From positions 1 to 64,000 of the forward strand of contig KZ538142.1 in assembly GCA_000934665.2 (NCBI GenBank): 64,000 nucleotides of DNA. Reading direction: 5' to 3'. The notes under the pieces were generated by a model that worked only from the letters and a program-made list of their open reading frames with translations, was not told the DNA's origin and made no database searches. The position numbers and the translations under genes were made by a program. Source of the stretch: Catajapyx aquilonaris (lineage: Eukaryota). Positions 1 through 9,800 of the stretch are shown here, in pieces; position 1 is the first letter of the stretch; each line of letters opens with the position of its first letter.

Positions 1-294
1 TGCCTCCACTCGCTGCCAATGTCCAGGAACTTCGCCACCGCATCACAATGGCTGTCACAAACTCTCAATGATTGACCTAACAAAAATTTACTCCATTGCG
101 TATGGGGCGAAATGGAGTATCGGCTAGATGTGTGCCGCATCTCCAGAGGAGGACACATTGAACATTTGTAATGTGTGTTTAAAAAAACTCGAATCCTTTC
201 TCGCTCCTTTGGTATATTAATTACAACTATCTGTTGTGTAGTGTATTTTTGGTGAATTTTAAAAATAGGGTCAAGGCTTATGAATAGCCCTGTA
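1..294 (+). mobile_element. 3' end of a decayed Tc1/mariner-superfamily DNA transposon (transposase C-terminus plus right TIR)
   Basis: Translates as PPLAANVQELRHRITMAVT, then after a frameshift/stop LLHCVWGEMEYRLDVCRISRGGHIEHL* (TAA ends at 171). This is the typical 'GGHIEHL' C-terminus of Tc1/mariner transposases. The element ends ...TTATGAATAGCCCTG followed by TA at 293-294. Confidence 0.8.
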
Positions 295-982
295 ACCCTG
301 TACACAACCGCAGGATCGGCCATCTTGGCTGTCACCTGCCAACACTTTTATCTGCTGCTAAGAGATGGCGGGACCAGCACGGGGCGCGTCGTAATGTAAC
401 TGGGCTTTGGGTCGAGCACGTCTGAAAGCGCGCTTGGGAGGAGCACGCTTCGAGCGCGTTTGGCTAGTGTAACTACACCCAATGTAATTGTTGACATTTG
501 ATTGTTGGCACTGTTCGATTAATACTGTGCATGTGCCCTCGGTGATGGAATTGCATGCGCATGCGCAGCTGGCGTGGCGGGATACATATCACGCATAAGT
601 TCGAATTTGACGTACAAATCGATATGGAACCAGTCCTCTTTCCCACGCTGAAGCACAAGTCGTAGCTTCAAGTCGATATGAGTTTAGACCTTAAGATTAA
701 TTGTAACTTGCAACTTTTCATGGCTTTGCTTTTTGCACCATTGCATATGGGTCGAAGGGCATGGGCCCATCTCTTCTTTGTAAAGACAGACAAAAGAGGC
801 CAACAATGTCAATCTGTACGTTGCAAATGTGCATTGTACAATTTCATGCGATATCGCCTACATGCGCACCCTTAATTCCACGCCATAGTTTGGCTGTTAC
901 TGAACCGAATTCTCTTTGCGAGAATTACAAGTCAACACCCAAACGTCCCCTGCAGTCCTTACGCAAATACATGCCCCTCCAC

Positions 983-1166
983 CTTTGTCGCTCTTCTTCT
1001 TATCCTTCCCCTTTGCATAGAACCGCACCAGCTGCGCCTGCTCCACCGTCGCTCCCACGCACATCGCATCCGGCTTGAGCCTGGCAGACTTGAACGCTGA
1101 GCAGCTCCAGACCCTCAGCTCGGGGCGCAGCAGGACACGACTCGCCCGACACAGAAACATGGCCAT
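983..1166 (-). CDS. MRRF: First coding exon of a probable mitochondrial ribosome recycling factor; the gene continues off the left edge
   Basis: Acceptor ttttcag at 1173-1172 (exon starts 1171), ATG at 1166. An Arg/Leu/Ser/Ala-rich presequence-like N-terminus leads into RFYAKGKDKKKSDK, which resembles the conserved 'YAKGKDKKKEK' start of arthropod MRRF. Probable donor AAAG|GTGGAG after 983. Confidence 0.65.
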
Positions 1167-1268
1167 TGCACCTGAAAACTACTGATGAGCACATCGCAAA
1201 CATGGTTGAATACAAAACCATTTGGACACCAGGCTGTCTTTTCAAGCCCTGACCAGATGACCTCTCAC

Positions 1269-1480
1269 CTTCCAGCCAACCACCCTGTGCCCGTTGACCC
1301 TCTCAGAGCCCGCCAGATTCCAGTCAAAACCTCCAGGAAACGGACCAAATAAATGGAAACACGTTGTGTTCGTCGGCCATTTTGAAATCCGTGGGGGGGG
1401 GCGAAGAGAAGCCATTTCAGTAGGACTCACTACCCAAATGGCTTCTCTTCGGCGGCAAGCTATTTTGGCGCCGAACTGTC
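1269..1480 (-). promoter_or_regulatory. Promoter / 5' UTR exon region of the MRRF-like gene
   Basis: YY1-like GCCATTT/AAATGGC motifs (about 1376, 1411, 1436) and an E2F-like TTTTGGCGC (about 1463). Minus-strand donors AAG|GTGAGA (GT 1268-1267) and GTA|GTGAGT (GT 1430-1429) could splice to the acceptor at 1171. Confidence 0.4.
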
Positions 1481-4400
1481 TAGCTTCAAAATGAGGAATA
1501 CTGCAATGAATGTTCTGTGTAATGGACAATATAATTAGCATGTACACTGAGCAAATGTACATTTTTGAAGGTCAGATAAAGATTTTTTGCAGGCATTTTA
1601 AAGGGCGGGTATACACTCAGCCTATAATATTAGCAGCTTACTGTGCAAATGTAACTGGCTGAAAATAATATTCTTATTGATCAAAATTTCAAGTCATTTG
1701 TGAGATAAATTGTTCTGCTAATGTTATGCAAATTGTATGAGTTTTGCAATGATGTGATTTTCATTCTGTAATAATGGTTTGCGAAATTGAAGTTAAGAGG
1801 AAAATGCATTTATTTTTGTAATTTTTTATTACTTACCATTTACCTCTTTGTCCGACACACATATTAAATGTGCTTGTCCATTTAAAAAATGCAAATTAGT
1901 CGTATTTTCTTGGTCCTTCAATGAAACTGTACTTTCTTATATTGTGAGAAAAGTATTCAAAATTTTGGACATAATTTTTCACATAAAAATTGCAAATTCA
2001 CTGCAGGCCTAGTACTGCATTGTAAAATTATAATTTAATTATGTTAGAGCAGTTGTAGCATAGAAAGTATTAATATTGAACGAGTGACCTTCCACGCAAT
2101 TTCTGCGCCCAATTTGAGCAAGCCAATCAGCTCTTGTAATGTGCTGTACAATCCGGGGGCGTATTGATCGTGTAATTAGTTTTATGGGAAGGCCAGCATG
2201 ATGGCACGGGTATGTTTTAACTTTTTGGAATTTTCATTGTTGCTTTCACTACACCCCACAACCTACCTGCTAAATTATTTGTCACCATATATTGTGCCCA
2301 CTATCAGCGCACACATTGATGGCAGGGAAGGGCGACAAAAGTTTAATCTGCTTTTTGGGGTGTGATCAATATGTTGTAATTAGGCCGGCAATTTGTAGTT
2401 AGTTGCATTATCACATTGCCAGTGACACTCCCCCGCAGCTTTTCACCGACCATTAATCTCTTACACAACAATACAGCTTCACTTCACTATATTTCAGGAG
2501 GCTTCACCCACATATGACTGAAAGGAAATGTTTGTTGTTGTTTTTTTAAATAGAAAAATTGAAGACAAAATTCACACTGTGTTTTTAATAAAGTTCAGCA
2601 CTTTTTTTAAAGGGGGGGGGGGGATATTTTTTTGAAATAAAAGAGAGCTGCGTAGAATCCTGTACATGACAGATCGTTCCTCCTTTATTTTCATGCAACT
2701 CAGAATGTCATGGACCATGCTCTCTTTGATTGCCTACGATAAATCAGTTTTTTTGAGAAGGAAAAAAGCAGTTCTTTTTGGAGGGGGGAGGGCTATAAAG
2801 CCTAAGAAAATGGCTGCAAGGCTTCGAGGGGGGCTGGGGGCGGGGGTGTTTTTTTTTCTTCAAGGGGAAGGGAAGGGGGCGGAAGAAACAGCCCGCAACT
2901 TTGGTGGGGATTTTTCAGAAAAACAAAAAAAATTGTATTTTTATTATATTTTCGGTTTTTAAAGACATTCCTTGGGATTCTTAATTATTGCCGTAACAGG
3001 TCACTTGCGCCTTCCACCAGCACAGTGATAACACACCAGATGTCACTAAAAATTAGAAAGCTCTGTTTATAATGTTGGTTTTTATTTCGTGTCGATTTTT
3101 GTTACGCGCACATGATTCCGTTTTTCATTATTTATTTTTTTTATTTGTTAATATTCTAATGGAAGGGAAGAGTCGCCTCAATGTGAAGGTTCAGTGGAAT
3201 TTGGGGGATTTAATTGCACACATATATTATTTTTCTTAAACACAAATTAAAATATATTATGCAATAAGTACAAAACTTTTTCAATCCCAAGATGGATTTC
3301 AAATGTGCCATGGAACCCATTTGATATTCGACTGGGATTTATTCAAACATTGGCTGGAAAACAGACATTTCGAGTAGATAAAAAAACAATCGTTCGTATT
3401 GCTCCTTTGAAAAGGTGGATTTAAAAGAAAAACAACAACATCAAATCCGACAAAATTCCGCCTGCACCTCACTTTGAAATACGGTTTTTTTATTTATTAA
3501 TATTTATTTTTTTGTGCTAACAGTTCGAAGAGGGTATAGTCACCAAAGTCCTCGTTCGCACAAAACCTAGTCAGATCTATTTGGGGATACAAAGTACAAA
3601 GATGAAGTATTGTAATCCAATTATTATTATGTTGTTTTGTCGTGCCCACAGAGGTTCAACACCACCAGCATCGTTTTTTAAAACACCCTACATAAACCCG
3701 TAGTTACTTACGTAGCTCATTTTGGTCACAACCTTTTGCAATTTTTTTTTAAATATTCTTCCACCTATCTGAATCACTGGTTTTTTAATAAGTTGCATAG
3801 AACCACAGAGGGGAAAAAAACTTAAAACGTGTTTTTTTTCCATTTTGTACAGAATCCGTCCCGTTTCGTGAATTCTGCACAGCCCACTAGTCCATGTTAA
3901 CTTTTTAATATCTTTTTTAAATATTAATACTTCAAAAGGGGGTAGAGGGGTGGTAAAAGTGTGGGTGGGAGGGTGTAACATTAGTCAACATAATTTTAAA
4001 GACTAGAGATCTGTGCGAGAATATGCCGAGCCAAAGGGACGGAATGGGTTTGATGGAGGAAAAAAATGGAGAATTTAAAATAATTTATTATTATTATTAT
4101 TTGCCAATCACTGCAACGCTATTTTAAATTTGCCTTCGAATTTAGTCTCGTTTTTAAAGCAACAATCGGGAGGGGGGGGGGCTGATATTGTAGGTTTTTT
4201 TTGGTCAAATAATTTTGTCAAAAATCTGTGCCGCTCAATTAGTGACATCTGGTCGTATATAGATATCTTATTTATATATTATATAAGACTTGCATCGTTC
4301 AACAGAAAAATGGAGTTGTCTTTTTTTCAGCAACAATTGTAAATAAGTCTTCAACAAAGCACTTTATGGCCATTACTACATTGTACCTTAACACTCAAAT

Positions 4401-6659
4401 AAAAAAAGCTCTAAGAGATTCGAGCTCCCACAAGTGTTGTTGTTGATGTTTGTTGTTGTTGTTTATCATAACTCTGTTTTATAATATTATAATTTTTTTC
4501 ACTCATCCCAACAGCTGCACCGTAACGCTACCCAACCACTGATCACAGTCTACAACCGACATGCCAGCGTTATACTGTGGAAGAAATGGGTACACGATCA
4601 CACACAAGAGGTAAACTGGTGGAATAAAACCCCCTTTTGATTAATTAATTTTTTGTTTTCGTCTAACTACTTAAACCCTTTTTTATACGCACCTACTGTA
4701 TGGAGAATTGAGCACCTGAAGGATAGTAGCTTTTACATCACAAGTACACAAATTATTGAAAATCATATAACATGGATCGTTATTTTTTCTGTCACAGGAT
4801 TATTTTTAAAAGATCTCGGAGGTTTCTCTTTTCTTTTCCTGTGCAATTATATTATGCTTTTTAAAACCCTTTTTTATTGTTTAAATAATTTTTTTTAGTA
4901 ATCTTCGTTATTTTTTATAGCCTAATATTATTATAGGTATTGGATTCAAGAGGCTTCGTGACATTATTATGAATCTACTGGAAACTTTTTGGCAGTGTGG
5001 AATAACCTTGCATCTCACACATGCGAATACGAGAATTTTCCGTGACTTTTCTTCTCTTCCCATATATATAATTGTATATATATAATAATATTATGTTGTA
5101 TGTATTTTTTTATTTATTTTTTGGTTCACGGAGAAAAAACGTCCCCAGGCTTCGCTGCATGATGGAGTGATAAGAACGTGCCACAAGTCTAACGCGTGAG
5201 TTATTTTGAAAACGCCCAATTGTCTTTTTTTCCATCAAAGACAAAGGGCGGTAGTTCCAAGCGTAATCAGTAGTCACTATACAGTAGACAAGGTTGAAGG
5301 CGCCGTGCTCTTTTTTTTTTTTCATCCTTCGAAAATTGTCCATTTTTTTTCTTTTCTTTTCAAAGTTGTCCATGTTGTCGTAGTCGTTGCTGTTGTTGTT
5401 GTTGCTGCTTTTTTTCTTTTGTAAATATGTTGTTGCTGCTGCTGCTGGCTGCTGCGCTGTTTCCGCGCTGTTCTTCCATTAATTATTATTTTTTTGGTTG
5501 AAAAAACTGCATATGTCAAGAACACGGGTAAGGGGTTAAAAGGGATTTAAAAGGGTCAACAGGTCAAGAGGTGACGAGAGAGTGGTCAGCACGCGCGCTT
5601 TTTGCCGGATCCGGACCCCTTTGAGCAGAACGATTAGTTAAGTTATGAACACCCGTTTGGTCTCCTCACAGTTCAGTCTAACTTTTTTAGTTTTTTTTTT
5701 AACGAGATACACCTCCACGTGTGGGGGGGGCAGGGGGGTGGGGGGTGGGGGGGAAGAAAGAGAAGAGATAGATAGAAGAAGAAGAAGAAGAAGAAGAAGA
5801 GAAGTCAAAGTGTGATGGCCTATTGCCCCGTATTTTTGGTGGCCCCGTATTTCCCCCACTTTCAATTAAGCGTTTGCAGGGCTTCGACGGTCCCAAAAGA
5901 TTTGCTAACTCCCGTTAAGAAAGTTAAAGTCGGGAGCATAGCCAATAGGTCAGGGGTCATGGGTTAAAGTTAACAACAAACAAACAAAAAAATTGTTCCA
6001 GTGGGGGGTGTAAACTATGGAAGCTCTTGTAAAACGTTTTGCATGAAGGTGCGCTTCCACTGTCGAAGAACTGGGGCCAAATAGGTCACACTATTTTGGG
6101 AGGGGAGAGGTCAAGGGTTAACAACAACAGGTGAAGAAACAACCCCACACACCCCAAGGTCTGTGGTGTACGCACTGTGGGGGAGGGTGTCCCGAGTTTG
6201 GGGAAGGGGAGGGTGGGTCGAAGGTTTGGGGGGTTCCTTTTCCGCGCAAAAGGTCGTTTTTTTAAAATTATTAATTAATTAATTAATATTTTTTTTGCTA
6301 ACTTTCTTTTTTTGAAAACAGGGCACTGGGAAAAAGTTCCTGAGACGGCCGCGCCAGAGGGTGTGGGTAAATTTGTAAGTTTGATGGTTTGTCCATCAGT
6401 GGGTGGGGTTGAGGGCGTGGCTTCTGAGGCTGGTGCGCAGGAAGCGTGCGCAGGCCTTTCCGCGACGGAGGATGAGCTTGGCCAACTCCCGCTCCAGGCC
6501 ACGGTTCAGCAGGCTGAGTCCGGCTGCGATTGGCCCGTTGGCGACGGGGGGAGGAGGGGGTTGGAATGAGAACTGGGGAGGAGGGGGGAGGAGGGGAAAC
6601 GGAAGTTGGGGCGGAAGTGAGGGAGGGGGAGGAGGAGGGGGGGCCGGGACTCCCCACTG

Positions 6660-6829
6660 TCAGACGGCGTTGTCCTGGTACAACGGCAGAGAGTAGGCTG
6701 GCATGAAGGGCACCGGTGGCGGCGGCGGCGGAGGCGCCGGAGGACTCGTCTCGCGTTGCGACGACCGCTCAGACGCGGCTGGTACGCGGAAGGAACCAGG
6801 GTCATTAACGGGTGGCCGGAGTCGCAAGG
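6660..6829 (-). CDS. Glut1: Glut1 terminal exon, distal acceptor: ...[14 protein letters not shown]...[21 protein letters not shown]
   Basis: cctcctcag|CC TTG, phase 1, open to TGA at 6662-6660, GC-rich and coding-like. The C-terminus resembles the 'PLYQDNAL' ends I recall from insect Glut1 isoforms. Confidence 0.65.
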
Positions 6830-9800
6830 CTGAGGAGGTTCATGCAGCGGATTTCAGGCGGTGGATTCCCAGTGGAGCTCCAAAAAATGATGGGCTGATC
6901 TTTACTACGCGACGAAGTGTCGGGAGTCGGGGTGGGGCGCTTGGGGGTACTGTCGCTCTTTGTGGCCCCGTCAGGCACGGTCAGTCCATTAGCATGATAA
7001 TCTTAGTTAACTGCGGAGCTGGGAGCTTATTGTGGGTAACATCTATAATAATTACTCGAGAGAGGAAAGTCACCAAAGTCGGACCCCTAGCTTACTATAC
7101 GTCTAGGTGATGCAGACCAGCAATGAGTTCATAAAGACGGCCTGAAGTAATTAGATATAAAAATTAAGCCGATAATGATATAGCTACTTCTTACATAACT
7201 AATGAAAGAATCTTTTGACATCTAGAAATTAAGTGTAACTTTAACATTTAGGAAGTTATACAGGAAAAACCAATTGGGGGGGGGGGGGGTCCAACTGTGG
7301 TGACTTTCCCCCTACTTTCTGTGGTGCCGCAGGCCAACGAACGTTATTGTAGCTTTGCCACGGTGAGATGAACTACGGCGTGACATGCATTCGGTCCACC
7401 CGTTTGGACACGCTCTCTGGACTGCTCTATCCCTTCACCTCGACTCCCTCCACTTCGTCGCGTAGTGAAGATCTTCCAAAAGATGTGCCCAAAATGCCGA
7501 GTGACCACTAGACACACGCGGGACCACGCCCAAAAAGGTTGAGGAAAAACGTGAATGAGGCTAAGATGCAATATGGGTTGCCGTGTGTGTCTATGGGCAC
7601 TCTTGGTACTCCCACATTTTGGACTTATTTTGGTTAGGAATCCACTGCCGTCTCTCTGATTAATACACATGGGGCGAGGTTTTCCTTCTTCTAATAAAGC
7701 TTGACAGCAACAATTAATTACCACTGAATTAATTAAGTTAATACCATATCACATTGAAGCAGTACACACCCTTCATTTGTTACCAAGAGGATCATTATTG
7801 TTGCTAGCAGTTCAGCAGAAGAACGACATAACTCGCCCAATTTATACACTTTACACATCTCAATCGTGAAGAAACTTAAAACATAAATACGAAGGCCACT
7901 TAGGTCGAGAACGCAAACTGTGATTTTCTGTCTGAAGAGGACATATCGCGTTTTAAGTTAGGCAACGTTTCTGACTTCAATCCGTCCTTTTTTTATGATC
8001 GAGGTAAATGGCAATGTAAAGGTCTGAGTTGGAGTATATTCAGAGCAAGTTTAGTGCCTTTCAAACTTAAACCCTTCCCCGAGTTCTTTGCACTGTACGT
8101 ATAGCAAAGTTAGGAAACTGCCTTCAGGTCCTTTCACCTTGCTTTTGGAAGAGGTTAAGCACATCTTTAGATAATGATGCAATAACGCCAACTGCTGTAC
8201 GTGGCATTGTCAGTGTCTAAAAAATTGAGCAGGCAGAAGAGAGAGGAAGCTGCAGCTTCAATCTCTCAAAGGAGTCTCAATAAAACACGCGTCTTCCCGA
8301 AGAGTTCAAGCCTTCTCTTGCACACTGCCCTTCCTTTCAAATTAGATTTCCTCCCTTGAAATTGCGGCGATGTTGGGTGACTAAGGCCAAAATTGGCTCA
8401 AAAATCGAATTTTACGACCTGGAATATGCATCCACCTGATCTATACAGGGAGACGAGGTTGGAAGAAAAAGAGACGACGGACAACGAATGTGCCAAACAC
8501 TATTTCCAGACCCTGGCTGCGTGTTACGAAAACCTAATATCTCGATCATACCCTATTATTACATTTTTGGCAAGAATATCGGAAATTTGCTTGTAGTAAT
8601 CTGGTCCATTACAGGAGCGAAAAATGCAAACTACCTTGGACGGGAGAAGCACACAAATATTTGGCCAAAAATGTGCGACATAAGACAATGTAAGACAAGA
8701 ATAATCAATATAACGAAGCGGATCGTATTACATCGCCAAATTTTGTCGCAACAGAAACTGGAGAAGGTCAAAGAAAATTGTTATTTATAACACAGAATCT
8801 AGGACAGAGGAGCGATTCCCCCCCGGAGGAGATGAACTTACATGATTCCGGGTGAGGCTTTTCTTCCGTTATGAGTGCCGAGTGCTCAGGTTGCAGAGGT
8901 TGCCCTAGGGCATTGACACAGTTTAACATGCTCCTGAAAGAGGGGGGTTGTCATGACTGGTTGAGGCGTATGGATCCTCGGAGGCAAGAGAAGAAACCCT
9001 CATCACATTTTATCATCTCGATAATTATTATTTTTTTGATATGGACAAAAAAATGGCACGCACACAATGGTGGCCAATCTTTGTGTGCAGTAAAAAATAT
9101 TGTGGCGATAAATTACGTTAATTCTAATTTTAGGCCACGATCAAGTAAAATTGAAAAGTACACTCACCTCGGTTTATGCTTAAGTAATTACACCACCTTC
9201 CGCGGCCATTAGCAGTGATAATTTACTTTTATTTCTTAAAAGGTGCACTGGGACGTCAAACTGCACACAAAATCTCTACGTAATTAGTGTTTTTTTGAGA
9301 TCTTCGATTTTTTAAAAGCCTTATTTTGAGTTTTTCAAGGGGGGTCTTACAAGTCTGGCAGAAGATTATTTGTTTGTCCTCGGCAGCCACAATGCAACAA
9401 TAAAACTTTTTTTTCCGTCAGTCTTGAAAGATCAGCCGCCCAACTCGTGATTATAAAAGGGGGAGCTTTTTCGCAAGCAATATCATGCAAATACAAAAAC
9501 ACACAAAAGCTGTTCTCTCTCTCTCTCCCTCTCTTTCCCCTCTCTTTTTCTGTCTCTGTTCAGTTTTCTCAAGCAGTCTTCTCGTTTTCCTTCAGGCACA
9601 GTCAGCGAGCGCAGGTGGTTGTTCTATATACTGCCATAAGTAGTACTGGAAACAACGGCACATGGATCAAACATGAGAAGAAGAGAACGGAAAAGGCAAG
9701 ACTCTAACGGGCGTTGTCTCAAATTCATGCCTCTATCAAGGGGAAGGAAAACAAACAAACAAACAAACAAACAAACAAACAAACAAACAACACAAAATTT

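Noticed and set aside
2500..6300. Exact Glut1 polyA site
   Set aside because: Probably a long AT-rich 3' UTR, but there are many minus-strand AATAAA candidates and the end cannot be placed.
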